Under the pieces are notes generated by a model that saw only the letters and a program-made list of their open reading frames with translations, did not search any database and was not told the DNA's origin. DNA of 58,289 nt from Acidimicrobiales bacterium (GTDB lineage: Bacteria; Actinomycetota; Acidimicrobiia; Acidimicrobiales; SZUA-35). Numbering within the stretch: the first letter of the stretch is position 1; every line of letters begins with the position of its first letter. The translations under genes and the position numbers were made by a program. The DNA lies in NCBI GenBank assembly GCA_020628305.1, contig JAHDFH010000005.1:1-58289 (forward strand), in the 5' to 3' direction. Positions 30,339 to 39,610 of this stretch are shown piece by piece.

Positions 30339-31511
30339 TTAGCAGCCAATTCCAAGCCAAACAGGTATGTTTCTACCAGTTCCGGCCACAACTGCGGAGC
30401 CACCAATATTGAACTCAACAGATCCGCCACCGTCCATCTTGACCAAGTTGGTGTAACCCTGGCCTTGAGCCCAACTAACAAGCTGCTCAACGTTCATTCC
30501 AGTAGTAGATCCGAAGGTCAGGGTTCCGCCTGGCTTAGTCGCAACAAATGAGTGGCCAAAGGTGCCGTGGGTGTAATCAGCTAGAACACTTGGAGTGAGA
30601 TGAGAGGACACGTCACCATCAGTGATTAGCGATATTCCGGAAGCAGCCCAGCGCCAGTTTGAAGCTGAGGTGTCACGATAGCTGTACTCGTGCTCTAGAG
30701 TTCGTCCATCTTTAACAAAGATGTAGTCTTTCATCACATCGCCTGACCAGTCATCAAGGATGCTTGCTGGCGGTGTTGTGTGGCCGGTGTAGCGTTCGCC
30801 GATAACTCCCCGAGATGCGAGATCCACTGGGTTAATCACTTGACCATCTATGACCGCTAGTCCAATCGGCTGGCTGTTTGAGAGATACAGCCAATTTGCA
30901 TTGATTGACGCTGTAGAGCATCGCTTGGAAGATGTTTTTACATCAACTTTGTAGTAATCGACATCGACGACTTTACCGCCCGGAATGTAACGATACGAGT
31001 AGCCGCTAGCGGGAGCCTTCTTGCCACAGGCCACCTCATCGCTCACCGGATGTTTCTTGACCAGTTCTGGCTGCTGAACCCAATATAGAGCCACTGCATC
31101 TCGGCCGACTTTGTCGACATCATCGTCCCAGTAGTTAAGACCCTTCTCATCTGGAGCCCGTCTTAGTAGATTGCGATACAAAGAGTACTCAACGTAATAA
31201 CGTCCCGATTTTCCTTCCCAACGCTTCTGGAATTCTTGAGATTGGCTCATCCAGTAAGCAACGTCGTGAAGATCACCACTTTCGTAAACGCCGCCCCAGT
31301 ACTCAAGGCCTTTCTGATCTGGCAATCTGTCGAAGTAGGCTCTGTAGAGACGGACAATACTCTTGCCGTCTTCTCCACAAATGGTTGATTCGGGCTCGGC
31401 ACCTTCAGCTGTGGCTGGTCCAACGGCTGAGAAGGAAACGAGTGCGACTAAAAGCGCAAAAACGGAAAAAATCTTCAAAAAGCTGCCCTTTAACACCAGA
31501 AATGCCTCCAA
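30339..31511 (-). CDS. Secreted DUF4214 repeat plus phosphodiester glycosidase (NAGPA-like) domain protein
   Basis: Signal peptide, two DUF4214-like repeats (YRAYFDRLPDQKGLEYWGG and YRNLLRRAPDEKGLNYWDD), C-terminal NLVKMDGGGSVEF. Confidence 0.7.
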   Translation of the reverse strand: MEAFLVLKGSFLKIFSVFALLVALVSFSAVGPATAEGAEPESTICGEDGKSIVRLYRAYFDRLPDQKGLEYWGGVYESGDLHDVAYWMSQSQEFQKRWEGKSGRYYVEYSLYRNLLRRAPDEKGLNYWDDDVDKVGRDAVALYWVQQPELVKKHPVSDEVACGKKAPASGYSYRYIPGGKVVDVDYYKVDVKTSSKRCSTASINANWLYLSNSQPIGLAVIDGQVINPVDLASRGVIGERYTGHTTPPASILDDWSGDVMKDYIFVKDGRTLEHEYSYRDTSASNWRWAASGISLITDGDVSSHLTPSVLADYTHGTFGHSFVATKPGGTLTFGSTTGMNVEQLVSWAQGQGYTNLVKMDGGGSVEFNIGGSAVVAGTGRNIPVWLGIGC

Positions 31512-31662
31512 TGCATAGCTTCGACACTATCTCAGAAAATATTTAGTAAGCATTTGAGCCCAAAAAGCGCTTATAGAAGCAACATTCAGGACAAAACCTG
31601 GAGGCCGGGAGCAGAATTTCAGAATCGGGAACTACGACGGGAAGAGTCACGGGACCCCGCAA

Positions 31663-32391
31663 ATGCACTCTGGGAGAATGATCAATGAAACAACCCATAA
31701 ATGGCAGACCTGGGCGACAAGCTCACATGCAAACAACACCTATCAACAGTGGATCAGCACTGAACCAGACATTTACCCTTGGCGGATCGACCAGCTCGGT
31801 CAGCCCGCCTTTCAAGCTCATCCGAGCCTCAATATCGACCAAATGCAAGCTTGTTTGGTACGTCTTGCTCAGAGCGGTTGCGGTTACGCAGGGATGGCGC
31901 TTGCCTGTCAATTAGAGCCAGGACTCCGCAAAATTGCACGCACCACAGCGTTCGGTTACTCAGAGCCCGCTAGCGAAGTCATGTCAGCTTTCTTCGAGGT
32001 GCTGTTCTCGCATAACCTCACGAAACGCCCAAATAAAATTGCCGCCAATCTACTCCTAGATACCAGGCAAAAAATCTTCAGGGCTGGCAAACGAGACATG
32101 ATTCATTTTCAGGCTGCTGATGCGCTACGCAGCTACGACTTTCGCACCCATGACAAACTGGAAATCGACACAACCTTGTGGATTGGTGAAGTGGTGAGCA
32201 AGGCACTAGCAAGCTACGCAAAGCCAAAAGAACGTCGTCTGATTAAGCACCTTATCTTTCAGCACTGGATTTTAGAGCGTCCGCTAGTTGAGGTGTCACA
32301 AGAACTCAACCTCTCGAAATCTGCCGCCACCACAAAGCTATGGAGATTTCGCAATTTGCTGAAAACGCTAGAGGCTAACAACCTTAACTAA
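31663..32391 (+). CDS. Hypothetical protein, weakly sigma-70/ECF-like (C-terminal HTH)
   Basis: C-terminal VEVSQELNLSKSAATTKLWRFRNLLK resembles sigma region 4. The mid-section is vaguely region-2-like. Low certainty. Confidence 0.35.
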   Translation: MHSGRMINETTHKWQTWATSSHANNTYQQWISTEPDIYPWRIDQLGQPAFQAHPSLNIDQMQACLVRLAQSGCGYAGMALACQLEPGLRKIARTTAFGYSEPASEVMSAFFEVLFSHNLTKRPNKIAANLLLDTRQKIFRAGKRDMIHFQAADALRSYDFRTHDKLEIDTTLWIGEVVSKALASYAKPKERRLIKHLIFQHWILERPLVEVSQELNLSKSAATTKLWRFRNLLKTLEANNLN

Positions 32392-32430
32392 ACAAAGCAG
32401 CTACAGGCTAAGCCCACTAAGTTAGAAGCT

Positions 32431-33270
32431 ATGAGTCAATACCTGTTTAACTTGAAGTGCGAAGACCGACCGGGGATTGTCGCTCTAGTCTCAACGACTC
32501 TTCATGGACTTGGAGCAAATGTTCTAAGCAACTCAGCTTTTTCAGAACCTGTGACCTCTACTTACTGTATGCGCCTGCGGTTCGAGGTTGATCTATCAGA
32601 AGAAAAAATGCTCGCCCAACTCCAAGAAGCGCTTCAACCTTTAGGAGCAGAGATATCAGTACGAAATGTTGAACAAGTTCCTAACGTCTTGGTGCTGGTA
32701 TCAAAACATGATCACTGTCTAGTTGACCTGTTCTATCGGACGACCCACAATGAGCTAGCAATTAACATTCCAATTGTGATTTCGAATCACGAAGACCTGC
32801 GCGAACACAGCGAAAAAAGTGGGGCTGAGTATATTGCGTGCTCTACCTCACATGGCACAGAAGATCTAGAAGCCCAGGTTCGCCAGGCCATTCAGAACCA
32901 CAACATCGATTTCGTTGTTCTGGCCCGTTATATGCAGATCATTTCTCCTGAGCTAGGGGCCGAGCTTAACGGCCGCCTTGTGAATATCCATCACTCATTC
33001 TTACCAGGCTTTAAGGGAGCCGCCCCGTTTCAACAAGCTTGGGAACGTGGCGTAAAGATGATTGGGGCAACAGCCCACTTTGTTACAGAATCGCTTGACG
33101 AAGGCCCGATTATCACCCAAGGAGTGACAAGTGTAAGCCATCGAGATTCTGCTGCAGATATGAAGTTGAAAAGCAAAGACATAGAACGTTTGGTCCTGGC
33201 TGACGCTGTTAAAGCAATGGCATCTGGCAAGGTGTTCTTATGTGGCGCAAAGACCGTTGTGTTTGACTAG
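32431..33270 (+). CDS. purU: Formyltetrahydrofolate deformylase
   Basis: N-terminal ACT domain (CEDRPGIVALVS) plus formyltransferase core VNIHHSFLPGFKGAAPFQQA. Confidence 0.92.
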   Translation: MSQYLFNLKCEDRPGIVALVSTTLHGLGANVLSNSAFSEPVTSTYCMRLRFEVDLSEEKMLAQLQEALQPLGAEISVRNVEQVPNVLVLVSKHDHCLVDLFYRTTHNELAINIPIVISNHEDLREHSEKSGAEYIACSTSHGTEDLEAQVRQAIQNHNIDFVVLARYMQIISPELGAELNGRLVNIHHSFLPGFKGAAPFQQAWERGVKMIGATAHFVTESLDEGPIITQGVTSVSHRDSAADMKLKSKDIERLVLADAVKAMASGKVFLCGAKTVVFD

Positions 33271-34265
33271 TTGGGGTACTCAAGCTTTAGGGTCGGATAG
33301 GCGCCCGCATCCAGAGCCGTTGGTCCGTATTTATTAAACTTCCAGGCGGCTGCTGAGGCAATCATCGCTGCATTGTCAGTGCAGTAGGCCAGACTTGGCA
33401 AGTAACAACTAATATTTTGCTGTTCACAGGTTTGGGCTAGCTTTGCTCGGAGGCGGGAGTTAGCTGAGACCCCACCACCAATCGAAATTTTGTTTATGCC
33501 GGCACCTTTTGCTGCCGCCACTGTTTTGTTCACCAATACATCAACTACAGCTTCTTGAAAGCTTGCAGCAAGATCAGCGTCTTTAGTTTCTGGATGTTTG
33601 CGCACGTAGTTGATAACTGCTGTTTTGAGACCGCTGAAAGAGAAGTTATAGCTATCATCGTTAAGCCCTCTTGGAAACTTGATCGCTTCAGGGTCGCCAT
33701 CGTGTGCGAGACGATCAATGATTGGTCCTCCCGGATAGCCCAGTCCCATATAGCGTGCGACTTTATCGTAAGCTTCACCGGCTGCATCATCAATTGTTGA
33801 TCCCAGTACCTTGTAATTGCCTAACTCTTCAACCTGAACGATCTGGGTATGCCCTCCAGCTACTAACAACACAATAAAAGGCGGCTCAATTTGGTGATCT
33901 AGTAGACATGCAAATAGGTGCCCTTCAACGTGGTTGACCCCCACGAACGGTTTTTCCCAGGCAAGGGCCAAACTCTTCGCACACGAAACTCCTACCAATA
34001 GAGCTCCTATTAATCCAGGGCCATAGGTTGCTGAGACCAGGTCAATATCCTGCTCTGTAACTTGAGCATAAGAAAGCGCTTGTTCAATGACCGGTTGCAC
34101 TTTAAGCAGATGCGCTCTTGAAGCTACTTCGGGCACTACTCCCCCATAGCCTGCGTGCATCTCTATTTGAGTATCAACGACATTAGCGAGAACCTCAAAA
34201 CCATCTTTGACGATTGCAGCAGAGGTTTCATCGCAACTTGTTTCAATAGCCAGAGTAATACCCAC
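33267..34265 (-). CDS. tsaD: tRNA N6-adenosine threonylcarbamoyltransferase
   Basis: LAIETSCDETSAA, GVNHVEGH, GGGVSANSRL. Start set at GTG 34265, just after the rimI stop. The ORF-track extension to 34442 overlaps rimI. Confidence 0.93.
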   Translation of the reverse strand: MGITLAIETSCDETSAAIVKDGFEVLANVVDTQIEMHAGYGGVVPEVASRAHLLKVQPVIEQALSYAQVTEQDIDLVSATYGPGLIGALLVGVSCAKSLALAWEKPFVGVNHVEGHLFACLLDHQIEPPFIVLLVAGGHTQIVQVEELGNYKVLGSTIDDAAGEAYDKVARYMGLGYPGGPIIDRLAHDGDPEAIKFPRGLNDDSYNFSFSGLKTAVINYVRKHPETKDADLAASFQEAVVDVLVNKTVAAAKGAGINKISIGGGVSANSRLRAKLAQTCEQQNISCYLPSLAYCTDNAAMIASAAAWKFNKYGPTALDAGAYPTLKLEYPN

Positions 34266-34275
34266 GTTGTCAAGT

Positions 34276-34728
34276 TTACCTCTGCAAATGCATGACGAGG
34301 GCGTCTCGGCCCCTGCCGTAATAGTCCGCTCGGACAGATATCTCTTCAAAGCCAAAAGATTCGTACAGTGATATCGCTGGAGTATTGCCGATCTCCACAT
34401 CAAGAAAATATGTAGATGCACCCTGTTCTGCAGCCCACTCAAGCAGCTGCTTAAGAATTAGCCTGGCGAGCCCCTTACGCTGATGTCCGATTGCAACACC
34501 TACGTTTAAGATGTGCGATTCTTCTGCCCCATAGCTGATGCCTCCAAAGCCAACACATTCATTGTCGAGTGCTGCAATTAGCCAATACCTGAGCGCTGGA
34601 GCCAGATCAAATTCACCACGAAAGAGCTGCTTGTTCCAGTTAGTTCTTCCCAAACAGCTCTCGATCGACGCTACAGCGGAAACGTCACCGATGAGCATCT
34701 CACGGATCTGGTATTCAGGCTTTTCCAC
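34276..34728 (-). CDS. rimI: Ribosomal-protein-alanine N-acetyltransferase
   Basis: GNAT motif VAIGHQRKGLARLIL. Conserved position between tsaB and tsaD. Confidence 0.88.
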   Translation of the reverse strand: MEKPEYQIREMLIGDVSAVASIESCLGRTNWNKQLFRGEFDLAPALRYWLIAALDNECVGFGGISYGAEESHILNVGVAIGHQRKGLARLILKQLLEWAAEQGASTYFLDVEIGNTPAISLYESFGFEEISVRADYYGRGRDALVMHLQR

Positions 34729-35392
34729 TTTGAAACTTAGGATCTTGGTAGCGAGTCTTTACGTTTGGGACGGCGTCAGGTCCTCTGAGGTAGATCGGTG
34801 CGAGACTTGCCACTGGTTCTTCTCTTTCGGCAAGCCGCAGCATAACTTCTGGATTTGGCGACTTACGCTGCCGAACTTCTGCACCTGAAACATCTGAGTA
34901 GATTTCGTTGTAGAGATCTGCCCCATCGCCTACAACTATATGCTGTGTCGTTGCTGTAGCTAGCTCCTTAGGCTGGGCAACTTGAGCATCTCCTACTGGC
35001 TCACCTGATGGTGAAAACAGCTGTTGAAACACTTCACCTCGGCGGCCGTCGATAACTGCAGCTATCGAAGTTGAATCATTTACCTCCGCAGCAGCCAGAA
35101 TATTAAGGCTACTAAGTTGGACATATTGAGCACTGGTTGCGATCCCCAGACCAAGAGCAGTTGCTATCCCTACGCGCAAACCAGTAAAACGACCTGGCCC
35201 AACATCGACAATCAAAGTTCTCAGATCTCGAGCATTGCTATTGCTTTGCTGAAGCAAATCAGCAATCATCGGAGTCAATTCCTCTGCATGTCGCCGTTCA
35301 ATCTCAAATTGAGCGGAGAACACTTCGCCTTCATCAGTCTCAACGGCAACGCCGAGACAATCAGTTGAGGTAGTCATCGCGAGTCGAGTCAT
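34715..35392 (-). CDS. tsaB: tRNA threonylcarbamoyladenosine biosynthesis protein TsaB
   Basis: LAMTTSTDCLGVAV, VDVGPGRFTGLRVGIATA. Operon position. Confidence 0.9.
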   Translation of the reverse strand: MTRLAMTTSTDCLGVAVETDEGEVFSAQFEIERRHAEELTPMIADLLQQSNSNARDLRTLIVDVGPGRFTGLRVGIATALGLGIATSAQYVQLSSLNILAAAEVNDSTSIAAVIDGRRGEVFQQLFSPSGEPVGDAQVAQPKELATATTQHIVVGDGADLYNEIYSDVSGAEVRQRKSPNPEVMLRLAEREEPVASLAPIYLRGPDAVPNVKTRYQDPKFQSGKA

Positions 35393-35850
35393 AGCGATCT
35401 AATCTCCTCATATCTTGTCTCCCAGTCTGGGCCAACTGGTTTCACTTGCAGGCTACGGCAATCATCTTCGTCAACATTGGTTAGCTCAATTTCCAAATAA
35501 GAGGACCCAAGTTCCGCTGAGATTACCTCCCCCCATTCAATAACCACAACACCAGTCGACTGAAGTTCGGCCAAGTCAAAGGCCTCATACATCTCATCAG
35601 ACGACTCAAACCGGTACACATCTAAATGATGGAGCAGGATACTACCTTGATATTGGTTTGCTATAGCAAACGTGGGGCTAGTCACAGGCTCAGCAACTCC
35701 AAGCCCAAGCGCAATGCCTTTGGTAAGTTGAGTTTTGCCAGCGCCTAAGTCACCTGACATTATAATAAGGTCACCGACGGCTAGCAAGTTAGCCAAAGAC
35801 CGACCAACTTCGAGTGTCTGTTTCGCTGACTGAGATCTAACTGAATGCAC
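35389..35850 (-). CDS. tsaE: tRNA threonylcarbamoyladenosine biosynthesis ATPase TsaE
   Basis: SGDLGAGKTQLTKG P-loop, SPTFAI, HLDVYR. Start set at GTG 35850 with AAGGAG 6 nt upstream. Confidence 0.9.
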   Translation of the reverse strand: MHSVRSQSAKQTLEVGRSLANLLAVGDLIIMSGDLGAGKTQLTKGIALGLGVAEPVTSPTFAIANQYQGSILLHHLDVYRFESSDEMYEAFDLAELQSTGVVVIEWGEVISAELGSSYLEIELTNVDEDDCRSLQVKPVGPDWETRYEEIRSL

Positions 35851-35998
35851 CCAAAACTCCTTAGATCTGATTTTACTCCAACACCCCAAGATCAGACATC
35901 CCCGCAATATGTGAAACTATGTCGTAACCGGGGAATATAATAATGACATACGATAGGTGACTCAAATTGAGCCGCTTTGAGCCCTAGAGGGGGATGTT

Positions 35999-36595
35999 AT
36001 GTGGATCGTCATAGTTGGTCTTTTAGTTCTAATCGTCGTTATAGCGATATGGGTTGCTGGTATCTACAACAAATTGGTCCAGCTCCGAGAAAGGGTTGCC
36101 AACGCTTTCTCTCAAATTGACGTTCAGCTCGAACGCCGTCACGACCTGATTCCAAACTTGGTTGAGGTGGCCAAGAAATTCATGGCTCATGAGAAAGAAA
36201 CTTTAGAAGGCGTAGTCAACGCTCGTGCAGCCGCTACTCAAGCCCGTATTGAAGTGAATGGTGACCCATCCAATGCAGCAGCACTTCAAAAGCTTGGTTC
36301 AGCCGAAGCTAGCTTAGGTGGAGCACTAGGGAGGCTCTTGGCTGTTTCTGAAAGCTACCCAGATCTCAAATCTGATGTCAACATGCAACAGCTTTCTGAA
36401 GAGCTTACAACCACAGAAAACAAGATTGCTTTTGCCCGTCAGAGTTACAACGATCAGGTGACTAACTACCAGACGTACAAGACAACTGTTCCACCTGTGT
36501 TCATTGCAAACACGTTTGGGTTTGCAGACGCTACTTATTTAGACCTCGATGATGCTCCTGAAAAGCGGGAGAACGTCGAAGTCAACTTTGATTAA
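35999..36595 (+). CDS. lemA: LemA family protein
   Basis: N-terminal TM plus IYNKLVQLRERVANAFSQIDVQLERRHDLIPNLVE and YNDQVTNYQTYKTTVP. Confidence 0.9.
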   Translation: MWIVIVGLLVLIVVIAIWVAGIYNKLVQLRERVANAFSQIDVQLERRHDLIPNLVEVAKKFMAHEKETLEGVVNARAAATQARIEVNGDPSNAAALQKLGSAEASLGGALGRLLAVSESYPDLKSDVNMQQLSEELTTTENKIAFARQSYNDQVTNYQTYKTTVPPVFIANTFGFADATYLDLDDAPEKRENVEVNFD

Positions 36596-36602
36596 GCAGT
36601 AG

Positions 36603-38576
36603 ATGGATTTCTACCAAAGACAGGACGAAGCAAAAAGTACTTCTTTTCGTCTATATCTACTTCTAGCGCTGGGTGTTACTGTCATCACAGCACTAGTCAG
36701 CGCTTTAGTGTTTGTTCTGATCTCGCTTTACTCAGGTGAAACCAACCCACTAGTTACCATGGCGTACTCCGTTCCTCTTTCGGTTATGGGTATCGGTGGG
36801 GCTTCATTCCTGAAGACATCTCAGATCCGTTCGGGCGGTGGGGCTTATGTAGCTGCGTCACTTGGGGGCAGACAAATTGACTTCACCACTTTGGACGGCC
36901 CAGAGAAGCAATTGGCAAATATAGTTGAAGAAATCGCACTTGCCGCTGGTATGCCAGTGCCGAATGTTTACGTTCTCGATAACGAACCAGGAATTAATGC
37001 CTTTGCTGCTGGCTGGACCCCACAAAACTCAGTTATTGGTGTCACCCGAGGAGCCCTGCAACATCTAACTCGTAATGAACTCCAGGGTGTAATTGCACAT
37101 GAGTTTGCACATATCTACAACGGCGATACCAAGATAAAGACTAAGTTAATTGGCCTAGTTTTTGGAATCTTGGTGCTTGCCTTTGCGGGACGTCTTTTTT
37201 TGGAACAAGGGGCCTTTGGTAGACGCTCTAACAGCAAAGACAATAGTGGAGCTGCAGTAGTCATTGGGATAGGTATAGCGTTAGTTGTGATCGGGTATGC
37301 AGGAACCTGGTTTGCTCGAATGATTCAAGCGGCCGTGTCTAGACAGCGTGAATACTTAGCAGATGCTTCGGGTGTGCAGTTCACAAGAGACCCAGACTCC
37401 TTAGGCAGAGCTTTGTCCAAGATTGGTGGCATGGGCGAAGGCGGCAAGATTATTAGCGCTCACTCAACCGAAACTTCTCACCTCTTCTTCGCTTCAGCTA
37501 TGCGGGGCGGACTGGCAACTCACCCACCGCTTAGAGATCGCATCAAACGTTTGATTCCCTCTTGGAATGGCGAGTTCCAGGCCCCACAAGTTGATCGACG
37601 CTCCGGTCAAGCTAACTTTGACAAGGACGGTGACTCTCCTCTCTTCCCACAGATCCTGCCTGATATCGAAGGGCTTCCCAAGGATATTGGTGGCATACCA
37701 ACAGACATTGCAATCCTCGGAATGCCTGCCGCTGGTCTAGCAGAAGCTCAGTCACCGCCTAAGGGCGCTGCTTACCAGGCGCCTAACTTTGAGGGCCCGA
37801 CTCTGGCTCATTTGGACCAAGCGCATGCTCTGATAGAGCAGATGCCCCCACACGTTGCGGACCAGCTCCGTACCAGTTATGGAGCAGCGGCTAGTTTGTT
37901 GGGGCTTCTACTTTCAGACAATCCTGATGTAGCAGCAACACAGCTACATGACGCTGCTTTGATATCAGGACTTGATGAAGACTATCTACTGGCTGCAAGT
38001 CGAAACGTTTCAGAGCTTATTTCGCATCTGCACCTTCCCGCAGTCGACCTGGCGCTTCACAGCATCCATCAGCTGCCGTATGAGAATAAGTTAGCGTTGA
38101 TTCAATCGGTTGAAGCTATAGAGAATCACAGCGACGGCCTGACTCTCTTTCAATGGGTGTTACGCCGGGTGCTAATCAGACACCTGGTGAGCGAGCAAGA
38201 CGACGGCTACAAACGAAGGAAGACAATCCCACTCTCAAGCATTGAAAATGAGTGCGCAACGGTTCTTGCCGTAATGGCCGGATTCGCTACCCCACCGGGT
38301 GAGCAAACTCAGGCTACTTATACACATGCTCTGAAGTCTCTTGGTCTATCAGCTAGCCAGCTTCCGGAGCTCGAAGGCATCAGCTATGCAGAAATTGATG
38401 ACGCTCTTGAAGCAATCGGCAAACTGGCAGTCGCAGACAAACGAGAGTTCTTAAAAGTAGCCGCAGAAACTGTTACGAGAGATGGCGTGGTTCTAACTGA
38501 AGAAGCACATTTGATAAGAGTCATTGCAGATGCAGTTGGATTCCCCGTCCCACCGCTACTGCCAATTGGCGACTAG
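36603..38576 (+). CDS. M48-family (HtpX-like) zinc metallopeptidase with about 330-aa C-terminal extension
   Basis: HEFAHIYNGD (HExxH), REYLADASGVQFT, multiple TMs. The extreme C-terminus (KREFLKVAAETVTRDGVVLTEEAHLIRVIADAVG) resembles a TerB-like motif. Confidence 0.85.
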   Translation: MDFYQRQDEAKSTSFRLYLLLALGVTVITALVSALVFVLISLYSGETNPLVTMAYSVPLSVMGIGGASFLKTSQIRSGGGAYVAASLGGRQIDFTTLDGPEKQLANIVEEIALAAGMPVPNVYVLDNEPGINAFAAGWTPQNSVIGVTRGALQHLTRNELQGVIAHEFAHIYNGDTKIKTKLIGLVFGILVLAFAGRLFLEQGAFGRRSNSKDNSGAAVVIGIGIALVVIGYAGTWFARMIQAAVSRQREYLADASGVQFTRDPDSLGRALSKIGGMGEGGKIISAHSTETSHLFFASAMRGGLATHPPLRDRIKRLIPSWNGEFQAPQVDRRSGQANFDKDGDSPLFPQILPDIEGLPKDIGGIPTDIAILGMPAAGLAEAQSPPKGAAYQAPNFEGPTLAHLDQAHALIEQMPPHVADQLRTSYGAAASLLGLLLSDNPDVAATQLHDAALISGLDEDYLLAASRNVSELISHLHLPAVDLALHSIHQLPYENKLALIQSVEAIENHSDGLTLFQWVLRRVLIRHLVSEQDDGYKRRKTIPLSSIENECATVLAVMAGFATPPGEQTQATYTHALKSLGLSASQLPELEGISYAEIDDALEAIGKLAVADKREFLKVAAETVTRDGVVLTEEAHLIRVIADAVGFPVPPLLPIGD

Positions 38577-38587
38577 GCGGATATACT

Positions 38588-39520
38588 TTGGCCATGAAGA
38601 AAAGGCGGCACTTTGGAAGAGCGTTCGCTCTCGTCGGCAGGCTTTACCGTTTCGTAACTGCAAGCGGCTGGCATACACTTTCGAGCCCTGAGAGCTGGCT
38701 TGAGTATGTCACAGGCGCCGAGCTACTCGAAGCTGAAAGAAAGCGGGGCCGAATTCATCTCTTCCTGTTAGTGGCTCTGTTCATGGTTCCCGGACTGACC
38801 AGCACAATATCTGTGGTTTTGATCGCTGCATACGTTTGCATCTGCAGTGCTACTCTTTATGAATCGTGGAAAGTTCAGCCAATTGTTAAGCTACTTGAAA
38901 GATATACCAGCTTTCCTGAAAGTTACCTAATCTTTGCCAGCTCAATAACGTTAGACAGAAATCTCCTCAGCAAAGCTCTTGAACAATGCCACTTTGATCA
39001 GGTCCTACAAGCAGATCCGATCAAACTCTTTCGACGAAGAAGAGTAAATGAGGAAATAGACTACTCGGCATGGTCAGATGCAGTTCATCAATCTGGAGAT
39101 GAAACTCGTCTTGTAGACAGCCATCTAGACAGTCTTGCAGCTGCTTGGAACACTTTGGCGAGCAGCACAGACACCGATACTCACGATTGGCAGTCCATGA
39201 GGGATCTTCTTCGGTCCACAAGTACTGCTGACAATGGGTACAAAAGCGCCATTGGCTCTCACAAAGCAAGTTCTGATGAATTTATTCAAAAGCTTCACGC
39301 CTTACACAAGCAACTCTTACTCACCAAATTAGCTTTGCAGGGGCCGTTCACCAAACAAGACATCGCTACCGCTCAGACCGAAATTGATCATTTAGCTGAA
39401 CTACCCCGCCCTGAGCAAGTAAAACATGTCGGAAAAACACTACTAGCAGTTGTCCAGCCTTACCAAATGTACAACCCCGGAGATCATCAACCCGTCAGCA
39501 TACGCCGAACCCAAGGCTAA
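38588..39520 (+). CDS. Hypothetical membrane protein
   Basis: 310-aa ORF with one hydrophobic hairpin (IHLFLLVALFMVPGLTSTISVVLIAAYVCICSA), then a helical soluble region. No family recognised. Confidence 0.5.
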   Translation: MAMKKRRHFGRAFALVGRLYRFVTASGWHTLSSPESWLEYVTGAELLEAERKRGRIHLFLLVALFMVPGLTSTISVVLIAAYVCICSATLYESWKVQPIVKLLERYTSFPESYLIFASSITLDRNLLSKALEQCHFDQVLQADPIKLFRRRRVNEEIDYSAWSDAVHQSGDETRLVDSHLDSLAAAWNTLASSTDTDTHDWQSMRDLLRSTSTADNGYKSAIGSHKASSDEFIQKLHALHKQLLLTKLALQGPFTKQDIATAQTEIDHLAELPRPEQVKHVGKTLLAVVQPYQMYNPGDHQPVSIRRTQG

Positions 39521-39574
39521 GAACGATCGTTCCGAAACTAGCTTGAGTTATCCACAATTCTGGAACGATTGATC
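39521..39574. promoter_or_regulatory. Candidate TetR operator(s)
   Basis: Perfect 12-bp palindrome GAACGATCGTTC (39521-39532) and a related GGAACGATTGATC (39562-39574), 37-90 nt upstream of the TetR gene. Confidence 0.4.
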
Positions 39575-39610
39575 TGTTAATTTTGGGAAAGTAGTATTAA
39601 GCTGCCCCGT

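Noticed and set aside
34266-34442. N-terminal extension of the tsaD ORF, and similar extensions of the tsaE (35851-35907), infA (50297-50374), rpsD (49180-49209), rpsE (53685-53726) and cpaF (26689-26757) ORFs in the six-frame track.
   Set aside because: The extensions overlap upstream genes or are non-homologous. Internal starts with good SD sequences match the conserved N-termini.
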